Assembly: GCA_046761065.1 (NCBI GenBank)
Contig: JBHIFL010000004.1
Coordinates: 15,687 to 79,686 of the forward strand
Reading direction: 5' to 3'
DNA: 64,000 nucleotides
DNA from: Candidatus Heimdallarchaeota archaeon
GTDB taxonomy: Archaea; Asgardarchaeota; Wukongarchaeia; Wukongarchaeales; JBHIFL01
In this document: positions 49,854-59,947 of the stretch, in pieces
Numbering within the stretch: the stretch's first letter is position 1
How the letters are laid out: every line of letters starts with the position of its first letter
Notes under the pieces: generated by a model
The model's input: the letters and a program-made list of their open reading frames with translations, nothing else
Told to the model about the DNA's origin: nothing
Database searches by the model: none
Position numbers and translations under genes: made by a program

Positions 49854-52211
49854 TTACATGATCAAGGCTTTTTGAATTAGTTGGAGTGTGTTTTTTCCAA
49901 TACCTTGAATTCGTTTCAGTTCGTTCAACTCATTCACAGGCATGGCTTGAAGCTCTTCGAACGATCGAATCCCCCCATTTACTAGTGCCATCGCTTTCCC
50001 CCGTGTAATTCCCAGCTTTTCTTTTAATATCACTGCGTTTTCGGGGAGACCGACGTTCATTCGTTTAGCTAATACTCGTAACTCATCGCTGTAGCTTGTA
50101 AACCGTTCCCCAAGAGTTCCCGTGATTTTTGAGAGGCAAGATAAAACCCATGCAGTGCCCTCAACTAAGTTTTCCATGTCCCCCGCATATAATACAGGAC
50201 TGTCATCTAAGATTTGGGAAAAAGGCAAACCTAAAAGCCATTTTGTCAATGATGTTACAGTATCCACAAGTGGCAGATTGATAGTACGGTTTTCTATTTG
50301 AAGGGCTTGCAGGGCTGCTCGAATGGCATTCTTTTGGCTGGTGAGCGGCTTGGACAAGATGGCATCGCGGATCAGAACTATCGTTTTAGGCTTCAAATAA
50401 AGCCGCGAAGCAAGTTGTCCCCAAAGTGTAGCCCTATACTGAGCTCCCTCAAATTCGTTAATCAGGCCATGAGAGATTAGATAGTAGATTGGACTGAGCT
50501 CTTTTAGGAGTCGTGTGATTGGAGGGTAAAAGGGGTTGGTTTTAGTCCGGAGGATCCGATCCGCAAGGTGAGTAAGATGCATACACAAAGTCCCTTGGTG
50601 GAGTAGAGAAGCCGCTTGGGAACAAGAACAGTATGCTCCTCGTCTGAGATCAAAAGAAACAGTGTAATGTTGACTAACCCTGTGACCGGTCTGTACAATT
50701 CCGGTAACGCGATCAACCCCCATTTGAAGGATTCTTGATTTTATGATTTCTTTCTGCCGATCAGGGGTTCCTCGGATATGGAGAGCATATTGGGGAGTGG
50801 CAGGGAAGAGAAAAGCCTCCAGGTGCTCATTTATTCTTTCTTCTCGTTTTTGAGTCCACCAGAGGCTTTTCTGGAACATATTCACTATATCATGGCGCGA
50901 AGTCGTGCCATATTGAACAATCTGCGTTAATATTTGCTCTTGGAGCGCCTCGAGGTCGCTAAGATAAGATGTAATCGGTTCATATTTCGGTTGAAGGGTC
51001 CCACCTTCTTTTCGAAAATATTTCTTTGTCGCAGTTTTTAATTCATCCTCATCTGAAGCTAATAAGATAACTTGACCTTCTGTATCCAGCATGGGGCGAC
51101 CTGCACGTCCAGCTCGCTGATGAATATCATTTGGGCTAATCCACCGATGATTCCAGAGCTTTAGATCCCGAATAATGACAGAAGAAGTTGGGAGGTTCAA
51201 TCCAGCAGCTAAAGTTGGAGTAGCAGTCAAGATTAAGAGATATTGCTTACCAAACGCTTCTTCGACTGCGACCCGTTCCGCTTGGGTTAACCCTGCATGG
51301 TGCCATCCAATGCCTTTTCGTACACATTCAAGGAGTTTGGAAGCTGTAGGTGTTGTAGGATCTTCAATTTGAGCGAGAAAGTCTGTAGAGAGATATTCAA
51401 CTATTGCATTCATGCGAGAACGAGGGATATATTCATGACTTGTTTTTGCCAGTCGTACTGCTAGGGTTTCTGCTTCTGAACGTGTGTTCACAAAGATAAG
51501 CGCTTGTTTTTCAGTTCTCATGCTTTTTGCTAAGATATTGGAAATCGTAGAAAATTTATCATCACTGATCAAAAGTTTGTAGTGAAGTGGCAGCCTCTCT
51601 GTCGAGGTGATTAATTCCGCATTCAACCAATTCGCTATTGAATCAGGGTTTCCAATAGTCGCGCTAAGACCGATGATCTGAGAATACTTAGCTGCGTCTA
51701 ATATGCGAGTTAGGAGAGCTTCAAGACGGGCTCCTCGATTTGGAGAACCGACTGTGTGGATCTCATCACACATCAGAGTGCCGATATATGTGATATGATC
51801 GGGATTAGATCGTAGAAAACTATCAAATCTCTCATATGTTGACACGAGAATATCAGCCATTTCAAAGGATTCATGGGTGAGTTCAACATCCCCTGTACTG
51901 TAAGAGATTTGATACCCGAGATCACTGTAGTGATGAATCAATTCGACATATTTCTGACGTGCTAGAGCTTTCAAAGGAAACAGAAATACACATTTCTTAT
52001 TCATGTCGGCTATAAGTCGTTGTAATCCGAGAATTTCACCAATAAGCGTTTTTCCAGATCCCGGGGGACTCGTTACAACTAAATTTGTTCCTTGGATACC
52101 TCGTTTAATGGCCTCCGATTGAACTGATCGTAGTGAAAGGATTCCCCTGCGCTGGATTCTCTCGATGATTTCTGGTGAAACTCCAAATCGTGTTAGATGA
52201 TGAATTTCCAT
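49854..52211 (-). CDS. Hel308/Ski2-like SF2 helicase with an inserted SWIM zinc finger
   Basis: SPPGSGKT, DEIH, LSAT, HHAGL, TPTLAAGLNLP, QRAGRAGRP, CSC-x-CMH insertion, C-terminal HhH GIG. Confidence 0.9.
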   Translation of the reverse strand: MEIHHLTRFGVSPEIIERIQRRGILSLRSVQSEAIKRGIQGTNLVVTSPPGSGKTLIGEILGLQRLIADMNKKCVFLFPLKALARQKYVELIHHYSDLGYQISYSTGDVELTHESFEMADILVSTYERFDSFLRSNPDHITYIGTLMCDEIHTVGSPNRGARLEALLTRILDAAKYSQIIGLSATIGNPDSIANWLNAELITSTERLPLHYKLLISDDKFSTISNILAKSMRTEKQALIFVNTRSEAETLAVRLAKTSHEYIPRSRMNAIVEYLSTDFLAQIEDPTTPTASKLLECVRKGIGWHHAGLTQAERVAVEEAFGKQYLLILTATPTLAAGLNLPTSSVIIRDLKLWNHRWISPNDIHQRAGRAGRPMLDTEGQVILLASDEDELKTATKKYFRKEGGTLQPKYEPITSYLSDLEALQEQILTQIVQYGTTSRHDIVNMFQKSLWWTQKREERINEHLEAFLFPATPQYALHIRGTPDRQKEIIKSRILQMGVDRVTGIVQTGHRVSQHYTVSFDLRRGAYCSCSQAASLLHQGTLCMHLTHLADRILRTKTNPFYPPITRLLKELSPIYYLISHGLINEFEGAQYRATLWGQLASRLYLKPKTIVLIRDAILSKPLTSQKNAIRAALQALQIENRTINLPLVDTVTSLTKWLLGLPFSQILDDSPVLYAGDMENLVEGTAWVLSCLSKITGTLGERFTSYSDELRVLAKRMNVGLPENAVILKEKLGITRGKAMALVNGGIRSFEELQAMPVNELNELKRIQGIGKNTLQLIQKALIM

Positions 52212-52407
52212 ATGAATTCCCTAAATAGATTGCGTCTATTTGATATGAGAATTCATTATTTAATTCCTGAACCTCCCTTCTAAGCTATTTTTGGTATATC
52301 AATACATCTCTTAATTGTCGGTCTTTTATTCTGCTTAAACCCTCTTAACTCATTATCCAGTAAGAGAAAACCCATATACTAGTTCATGATCCTTTCTGTC
52401 ATCTGGG

Positions 52408-52908
52408 TTAAAGGGGACAATTTTTTGCCCGTACATACCGGTTCCAAGCAAGTTGAATAATTCGCTGCTTTATTTCAGGGTAAACCTGGTGTCTTACAGC
52501 TGGGACGAGTTCTGTGATGTTGTTTTCTTCGTTTCCATCAACCAGAACATTTATGATTCCAATCCCCTTAATTCTGGCGTATTGTAATTGTTCTTCCATG
52601 GTTTCTTGCGTTAACGCTTTTTCAGAATCAGTCGGGTAAGCTAGATAACAATAATTGGCAATATGAATATAGCTCGTAGCGTGATGTAAAAATAGGGCGT
52701 TTTCAACTTCGATAGCCATGATAATGCCCTTTTTCATTCCAAAAAGATCAGGTCTCAGGCGTTTTCGGATTAATCCCGTGGAGTTTCTTAGGTTAAGAAC
52801 AGTTCCAGGAATCTGGAACTCTTTAAAGATAACCCATCCTTTTTTCGTATAGGTTCGAGCCAAGATTGCTGTAATTTCTTTTTCACGCCCCACCTCCATT
52901 ATTCTCAC
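52408..52908 (-). CDS. PD-(D/E)XK-family nuclease (MmcB-like)
   Basis: E...RPDLFG...AIEVE...ANYCYLAYP...GIGII. Confidence 0.7.
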   Translation of the reverse strand: MRIMEVGREKEITAILARTYTKKGWVIFKEFQIPGTVLNLRNSTGLIRKRLRPDLFGMKKGIIMAIEVENALFLHHATSYIHIANYCYLAYPTDSEKALTQETMEEQLQYARIKGIGIINVLVDGNEENNITELVPAVRHQVYPEIKQRIIQLAWNRYVRAKNCPL

Positions 52909-53309
52909 TTCTTGGGAAGATCAAAAAATATGGAACAATCCCGGTGCTTACCTGCCGCCAAGATGGACCAAAGCTGCTCACAAGGCATTCCGCGGAAAAA
53001 ACTAAGTCCTAAACAATCCCATGATTGTTTGTGCGAACTAGAGCAATAGTTTGCAAGGCATTTAATTGGGACATCCTCGAAATAAAACGGGCAATCAGAC
53101 ACTTTTGAGGAATATCCTGCAAGGAATGCAACGCTCCGATCAGTTCGATTTAAGACATTTACTTGAGGACCGGAAGTCCGGGTCTCGCATGTAAGTTTCT
53201 GTAGCATTATTTCTTTCAACGCTACCGTTTCCTCGATTAAGCAGGCTATTTCCGTACCTAGAGCCTTCAATGATGTCCTATCCCTCCGAGGAGATTGAAT
53301 CAAATTCAT
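52905..53309 (-). CDS. Cys-rich hypothetical protein
   Basis: 4-bp overlaps with both neighbours; seven Cys, mostly in the C-terminal half. Confidence 0.55.
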   Translation of the reverse strand: MNLIQSPRRDRTSLKALGTEIACLIEETVALKEIMLQKLTCETRTSGPQVNVLNRTDRSVAFLAGYSSKVSDCPFYFEDVPIKCLANYCSSSHKQSWDCLGLSFFRGMPCEQLWSILAAGKHRDCSIFFDLPKK

Positions 53310-56071
53310 TCCCTTCGCCGTCCATTAACTATACGTCGGGTAAATTGCGTCAGAGATGCTCCTCGTTGCCCCGCAATTTGCTTGATTGCTATAAATGCTA
53401 AACCAATAGCCCCCAACCCAATCACAGAAAAGGGAATACTGTTTTTCGAAACTCTTGAAGGAATGGGATCGCCGATAATAGCCCACAAGCTAAAATGCGA
53501 CGTAGACCCAAACACATAGTTTTCAGTAGTGTTAACGCTTGGATTGTCTATCAGCTTCCACACAGCTGCTTCGGGAATCCAGTAGTATAATGCGAGAGTT
53601 TCTTCGTAGAGGTTGGCCGTCGCAACTTCTTCATCTGTATAACGCACCCAGAGCTTAGCTTCCATTGTGATATTGTGTTGAGATGTCTCATTGCTTATCT
53701 CGATAGTGAGATACCTGTTAAGTGAGCCAACATTCTCTGGTAGAGTAACTCCTTCAGGTGGCTCCTCGCTGATATCCACTGTGAGCTCTATTGGCTGGCT
53801 GGTCGTTATGTTAATCTTCCAATATTCGCCGTCCAATACCTCAAAAGGAATAATTGGAGGGATTATTTCAGATGATTGTTCAGATGGTTCAGAAATTGGA
53901 GTTTCCTTGAGTTCAATTATAAGAGTTTCAAAAGCCAAATTCCCAATCACATCAATACTATCGACCCGAACATGATAAGTTCCAGGAAGGAGGTTTGTAA
54001 ATTCAACAGAGTAGCGCTCCTCAGTTTCTGAGTTATTCTGCGGGTGCATCCAATCTTTAAGTAAAGATTGATTGATATAAACAATAGTTGAGTTGAGGTG
54101 CTGATCCAGAACCATCACAATCATCGTTTGTGTATTCTCCTTGTATTCTAAGAAAACAGTAGGGGGTGTGTTGTCGATGATGATTTTGCGATTGAGAACA
54201 GCCTCATTATTTGCCTTGTCCACCGCTCGCACGTTGAGGAGAAATTCGCCGTCAGGAAAGTTCTCGGTATCGATTGCATACATGATAGGATTTCCTATCA
54301 TTCTTTCATCATTTACGAAAAGGGTAACACTTCTCTCGTCTTCTGCTGAAATCTCGATATTAATACTGCCCCTTACGACTTCGTCGTCTTGAATAGTGAG
54401 TCGAATTTTAGGAGGCGTTCCATCATGCTTGATAGTAAAGTAACCAGAACCACTGCTCGGGTAGAACCAATTGTTTCCTTCATAAGCTGCCGTGAGGTCA
54501 AGAACTCCAGCAGTATAAGAACTTGGAACGGTCCAAGTTTTACTGGCAGAACCCGTGACATCGAGAGTCAGAGAGTCGATTACAAAATTATTTGTCCTAT
54601 CACGTATTGTTACAAGCCCCGATGGGGTCCGTGAGGTCCCAATGCCTGAGACGTGGATTCGGATATTAATAGATGTAGAGGTCGCATCGTCCCACATCTC
54701 CATGGGAGATATTGTGAGGGTTGTTGATGATGAATATTGCTCCACTAGTATCGAGTTCGTATCCTCAGATGGCGTAAACAACCCATCGGGATCGCCTAAA
54801 TAGTTAGCTCGGATGTTGAGATTACTTGGAGGTTGATTGCTAGGCACAGTCCACTGGAGTTGACCTAGCCCGGTTATATCCAAGGAGACAGTTCCAAGAG
54901 ATTTCGCGTTTGTAGTATCTGTAAAGGAAACTGAGCCTGTTGGAATGAGATAGGTCTGGGTTGTTGCGACCTGAGCACTTAAAGTGACGGGAGACCCCGG
55001 ACGTACCGCATTAGGAGCAAGAGTTAGATCTATTTCCGTTGTGTAAGTGGTCTTTTCGATGGCTAGAGAGCTGTTAGTAGTAGAAGCTGCAAAATAAGTA
55101 GCGCCACTATATTCCGCACGAATTGTGACTGTTGAGTCCATATAACTTGCACAGCTTACAGGGACAATCCAATCTGTTGTGGCGTAGCCCGTTCCGTTAA
55201 GGGATTTCTCATCCAAAAGAAGGTTTTCTTCGTAGAGGTAAAACTTGACAGTCCCTGAAGGGATTATTATTGTTTCTGGACTCCACACAGATGTAACTAT
55301 ATCCACGGATTCACCAATAGCTACAGGATCAGGGGTGAGGGTCAGTGCCATTACTGTGAAATAGGGACTTTCAATATTGAGTTGTTTATAGTCCTCAGAA
55401 GTAGAAAAATTAGCGGATCCACCATAAAAGGCCCTGATAAGGATTGTACTCGGAGGATAGGTTGTTGGAACCACCCATGAGTATGTGGCAAAACCTGTCG
55501 AATTAAGTGGCACATTCTCTTGAAACGTCCTATTTGTTATCTCTTCAAAAAGGACATCTCCTTGTGGGATCATAGACGTCTCAGAACTCTGAATACCTGC
55601 AGTCATGACAAGCGTTTCCTCCGGGAAGAGGGTATCGGAGCTTAAAATCAGTAATGTAGTTGTCGTATATAACCCATTGTCTACATAAAGATCGCTCGTA
55701 TCTTCGGAGGGATCAAACCAATCATTCCCGGCGTAGCGCGCATGAATAGTAATTGTCCCTTGGGGATAGGAGAGCGGAATGGTCCAATTGAAGGTTACAA
55801 AGCCCGTTCCATTAAGCGGTACGGTGGTTTGAAACGCCCCATTTGTGGAATCTTCGAACAACACATCTCCTTGTGGAATAAGCATCACTTGGGGGCTCCA
55901 AACATGCGCGACACACATGACAGTCTCGCCAAGAAAAACGGCAACAGGATTTAAAGTCAGATCAGTTTGAGTAATATAGTTTGCTCCACGTCCGATTGAA
56001 ATATTCCCAATAGCAAGAAAACCAACTAAAACTGTAAGGAAAACAATTTGAGATGGTATGTTTTTATGCAT
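53306..56071 (-). CDS. Surface protein with tandem Ig-like (Big_3-type) repeats and C-terminal TM anchor
   Basis: Signal peptide; five T.L.L.P...IP.G.V.F...L...G.A...W..P...I.A.Y.G repeats; DGTPP/DNTPP domains; HFSLWAIIG; TM helix. Confidence 0.88.
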   Translation of the reverse strand: MHKNIPSQIVFLTVLVGFLAIGNISIGRGANYITQTDLTLNPVAVFLGETVMCVAHVWSPQVMLIPQGDVLFEDSTNGAFQTTVPLNGTGFVTFNWTIPLSYPQGTITIHARYAGNDWFDPSEDTSDLYVDNGLYTTTTLLILSSDTLFPEETLVMTAGIQSSETSMIPQGDVLFEEITNRTFQENVPLNSTGFATYSWVVPTTYPPSTILIRAFYGGSANFSTSEDYKQLNIESPYFTVMALTLTPDPVAIGESVDIVTSVWSPETIIIPSGTVKFYLYEENLLLDEKSLNGTGYATTDWIVPVSCASYMDSTVTIRAEYSGATYFAASTTNSSLAIEKTTYTTEIDLTLAPNAVRPGSPVTLSAQVATTQTYLIPTGSVSFTDTTNAKSLGTVSLDITGLGQLQWTVPSNQPPSNLNIRANYLGDPDGLFTPSEDTNSILVEQYSSSTTLTISPMEMWDDATSTSINIRIHVSGIGTSRTPSGLVTIRDRTNNFVIDSLTLDVTGSASKTWTVPSSYTAGVLDLTAAYEGNNWFYPSSGSGYFTIKHDGTPPKIRLTIQDDEVVRGSINIEISAEDERSVTLFVNDERMIGNPIMYAIDTENFPDGEFLLNVRAVDKANNEAVLNRKIIIDNTPPTVFLEYKENTQTMIVMVLDQHLNSTIVYINQSLLKDWMHPQNNSETEERYSVEFTNLLPGTYHVRVDSIDVIGNLAFETLIIELKETPISEPSEQSSEIIPPIIPFEVLDGEYWKINITTSQPIELTVDISEEPPEGVTLPENVGSLNRYLTIEISNETSQHNITMEAKLWVRYTDEEVATANLYEETLALYYWIPEAAVWKLIDNPSVNTTENYVFGSTSHFSLWAIIGDPIPSRVSKNSIPFSVIGLGAIGLAFIAIKQIAGQRGASLTQFTRRIVNGRRRE

Positions 56072-56676
56072 TCAAATTACCTCAGATTGTAATCTGGGTT
56101 CTATTTAAAGTGTTTGGCAAACTCAACTTGGTTTGCACATTTTACGGTCTAAAAATTATAATACAAATGAAAGGTTCCTCCAAGAAATATCAGCGGGACT
56201 TACAATCCATGTTAAGTTCAATCTCGTTCAAAATATTTGCAAAAAATTATCAGGTAGCTGATTAGTCCCTTAAGAAGGCGGAGAGTTCCTCCTAACAAGC
56301 CAAGTGATAATAAATGTATTTAATCATTCGTAGAAATGTTTTTCACCGATTTTCTGCTAAATGATGGGTGATTAGAGTTATTTGGGAAAAGGACATTTTG
56401 GATTTTTTTTGAGGATTAAAGAAAAATCTCTAGTTTGAATACTTAGGAGCCAAAAGAGGCCATACATCGCATTTCACACAAAAATTTCTTTAATAAAGGG
56501 GATTATCGCCCAAAAACAATCTTTTTTCGGTTCTTTTCGTCCTTTTGAAAGGTGTAGTATAAATCTATTAATACAATTAAAGGAAATACAACATAAAAGT
56601 AAAATCTTTGGGAAATCATTATCGACGTGTGTTACTTTATTGATTCTACCAAAGAGCTCTTCTGAGTGAGAATATC

Positions 56677-57435
56677 TTGAATAAAAAGAAGCTCCTCTCG
56701 TTGATTGAAGCAAAAGCGATTGAAATAGATTGGGAGATTGCCTTTCAGGGTAAATCTTATGGCAATCGTCATCTGGAAAGGACTTGTAAGATTGCTACGT
56801 ATCTGATACAAGCTGAACAGGAACTTGGTACTTCGGTGGATGAATTCGTGGTTCTTGCAGGCGCTTGGCTGCATGACATAGGGCTTATCAACGGAAACAA
56901 GAACCATGCATGCCGGGGAAAAAATATTACAAGTACCATTCTAAGGTTCTTGGAAATAGAGAGCACTATACGAGAAAAAATAGAGCACTGTGTAGAGGCG
57001 CATGACGCAGGGAGCGATGCTCACAACACACATATTATTGCGGAAACAATCGAGGCAAAAATCGTCCACGATGCTGATACGTTGGATAAGATGGGTCCAT
57101 TGGGCTTTATTCGCCATGTCTGGAAGCTATCCGTTGAAACCCAAATCTCGACACCAGAAGATCTTTTCACCTTCATCCCAAGGCATCTGCAGGAACGTAA
57201 AGCCAATTTGTATCTTGAAACATCAAGAAAATTCGCCAGTCGCTACGCTCTTGCTCTTAAGACCTTTCTCCAAGAAAAAGATCATGCACTCATCATTATA
57301 CACCAAATCAGCCAATTAGCAAGAAAGGGGTTTCCCACTGAGAAGATCGTTAATGTGCTCAGGAATCAGTTCTCAGGTGATTTTAAGGATGTTCTGTATC
57401 AACAAATGCATCTTGAGGATTACAAATATCAGTGA
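56677..57435 (+). CDS. HD-domain phosphohydrolase
   Basis: RHLER, AWLHDIG, NHA..G, EAHD, HDADTLD. Confidence 0.9.
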   Translation: MNKKKLLSLIEAKAIEIDWEIAFQGKSYGNRHLERTCKIATYLIQAEQELGTSVDEFVVLAGAWLHDIGLINGNKNHACRGKNITSTILRFLEIESTIREKIEHCVEAHDAGSDAHNTHIIAETIEAKIVHDADTLDKMGPLGFIRHVWKLSVETQISTPEDLFTFIPRHLQERKANLYLETSRKFASRYALALKTFLQEKDHALIIIHQISQLARKGFPTEKIVNVLRNQFSGDFKDVLYQQMHLEDYKYQ

Positions 57436-57845
57436 ACAGAATTGAACTAACGAAAAAGTGGGAATTGTGATTTAAACAATTCATTTTGCTGTGAATTTCT
57501 TTTTTTAATGTTAAAACAACTCTCAGAGAATACTAGGACTCCTATGATATCGTCTATATTTTTATAAATGTTTCATTATTGAAACATTTTTTGGAATTGG
57601 ATTTTTTTTATAATATATCTAAAAAAAACACATCTACTGCCTAAAAAAATCGGTTTTCCTACCTTTTTTCTGGTCTTAAATATTGATAATCAGCTATATT
57701 TTGTTTTTATTTCTAAATAAGACTTTTTGCAAAATTTCCAATTTAAACTGCTCTTATTAGTTCCCGTTTTTCTCCAACTCGCAACATTTGTATAGTGGGC
57801 TGTTGTATTCCATACTTGTTTAGAACATTTGTTGGAGTGATATAA

Positions 57846-59540
57846 GTGCCCCAATGGTACCCTCAAACTCCCGACAAAAACCCTTTCACTGAGGAACACG
57901 AACATCAATCCATCATTTGGGATGCCAGAACTGCATCGTACATCTGTACAACCTGTGGTCTTGTACTTACGCAATGGCCTCACCCAAATCCATCACCTGA
58001 ATCGTCTTTGATGGAAGTGAAGGGGCGTCCATCAACCGAATCTCGCAATGCATGGTTGGATCGCGAAATCGTTGAAGCCGGTTCAATTATTTTGGAACAG
58101 GATCTTATGAAACTCAACTCACAACAACGTGAACTCTTCCAGCGGCTTTACCGTGCACAGCTCCGGGTCATCAGTAGTTGGCGACAAGATCGGAGGAGGT
58201 CCGAGTTTGACCGTTTTCTCCAGCGTCTTACTAAATATAAAGCCTTTCGTATCGCCTTCCCCCCACATCATCCAAAGTTAGATAAACTCCTAGATACATT
58301 TCTCAAATGCTGTCAAAATTATGCCGTTCGCCATGGGCGCCACCACGGGCTCCAGAATTCTACTAAAATCCGGATTTTTCTTGCTCTCATTCAACCTCAT
58401 CTGAACTCGAAGATCTTCCAAGAAATTGTCACACGTGTAGCTGAAACCACAACACGGGAAGTTTACAAGGTCGCAAAAAAAATTGGATGTGATAGCAATT
58501 GTGCATCAGTTAACCTGCACAATCTACAACGTAAATCAGATTTTATTGACAATGCAATCCAACTAGTGAAAGATGCTCCGATCGATCCCGAAACAAAGAA
58601 GCGCGCAGAAGACATCCTTATAAAACGGGCGCGTGTCAATGGATTGATAACCCGTAAACGTCCCGCGACCTTAGCTGCGGCGGCATTATTTGTCGCAGCT
58701 TCGCACGGAACACCAGAACACCGCATTTCCAAGAACAAGGCCCAACAACTCGTTGGTGCGTCATATATCCCAACCCAAACGATCGATGACTGCAGAAAGA
58801 TCTTAGAGATGAAAGATGAAAGGTTTGAAAGAATGGAAAGCCAAAAATTGTTGATGACTTACTTTACCCAGCGAGAAGACCTCCTGGCAACACGCCGCTT
58901 GCTCCGGAGTCGATTGGTAAAAGAATCTAAAAAGGCCTTTCCCGAACTCGGTAAGATTTTGAAGCTCAGAAATGTGTCCACACTCAAATTTCTCAAACAG
59001 TACCCCTCCACCGTCGAGATAGCCAAATTAGAACGTGAGGAGTTAATCAACTTCCTAAAAACGCATTCACAAGGAAAACTTCGGAATGTGGACAAGCTCG
59101 CTAGTCGCCTTCTAATAGAGGCCCGTAAGAATGAAACTATAGGGAGACGTCGCCCCAGGCCTGGTAATCAAACCGTGATTCGTTCCTTAGTTTTTACACT
59201 TGAAAAGATTAAAAGGCATCGCCTTGAGCTCGAACGAAAAATGCGATTGGAGATTGGAGAAAAGGGGAGAGCTTTAATAAGAACCCCTGGCATCGGCTTA
59301 ATTACCGCAACCATCATGATCCTTTCAAAGAATCGTCCTATATCCAAACATGCGGTTGCCAATGGAAAATCATTTATCCACCACCGCTTATTGGATGCCA
59401 TTAGAGTCTTGCAAAGGAACAGACAACTTCGACACCAGTATTTAAAATTGTTCAATCAAAAGGTTCCAAGAGTGGCTACCGTTCCTTATGATATCGAACA
59501 ATTGCTTCAAATTACTCCTCCTTTACCTGAAGGTCTGTGA
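57846..59540 (+). CDS. TFB/TFIIB-like protein fused to an IS110-derived coiled-coil/Nop-like lobe
   Basis: IIWD...YICTTCGLVL Zn-ribbon; RKRPATLAAAALFVA cyclin repeat; from about 58850 R..L...R...L...AFPEL...LKQYP...IA.L...L..FL...S.G...TPGIGLITA...ISK...G...N.QLR..Y. Confidence 0.8.
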   Translation: MPQWYPQTPDKNPFTEEHEHQSIIWDARTASYICTTCGLVLTQWPHPNPSPESSLMEVKGRPSTESRNAWLDREIVEAGSIILEQDLMKLNSQQRELFQRLYRAQLRVISSWRQDRRRSEFDRFLQRLTKYKAFRIAFPPHHPKLDKLLDTFLKCCQNYAVRHGRHHGLQNSTKIRIFLALIQPHLNSKIFQEIVTRVAETTTREVYKVAKKIGCDSNCASVNLHNLQRKSDFIDNAIQLVKDAPIDPETKKRAEDILIKRARVNGLITRKRPATLAAAALFVAASHGTPEHRISKNKAQQLVGASYIPTQTIDDCRKILEMKDERFERMESQKLLMTYFTQREDLLATRRLLRSRLVKESKKAFPELGKILKLRNVSTLKFLKQYPSTVEIAKLEREELINFLKTHSQGKLRNVDKLASRLLIEARKNETIGRRRPRPGNQTVIRSLVFTLEKIKRHRLELERKMRLEIGEKGRALIRTPGIGLITATIMILSKNRPISKHAVANGKSFIHHRLLDAIRVLQRNRQLRHQYLKLFNQKVPRVATVPYDIEQLLQITPPLPEGL

Positions 59541-59947
59541 TAGTTACACCTGAAGGATATTGTCGCCTATCCATTAAAAATGAATCCGTACTTAACTTTG
59601 ATCACCGATGTAATGGCAACCACCTTCTTTACAGAAGCTGATTCTATTTCTCCACCCGATTCGATGATGAAACTCGAAGTGGCAAAAAAATAAATCATCA
59701 TGGGACTACTTCACATGCATTGGATCAAATCCATCTAAGAACAGATATCCTGAATATGATGGAAATGTTGAAAATAGTGGACAAAAAAGACTATCACGTC
59801 TTGATGACCATCTTCTAACTTATACTCCAATATTAGTCTAACAGATGGTTTCAAACAAATTTTATTTGTATTAAAAGAGACAGTCAATTGGTGTTTCGGA
59901 GTTATAATCATCTGCTAAGCTCAAAATGTAAGTCAATAACTTGCCTA

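Noticed and set aside
57436-59947. Intact IS110 element or TIGR array
   Set aside because: No DEDD domain, no catalytic SG loop, no recognisable element ends and no periodic repeat array.
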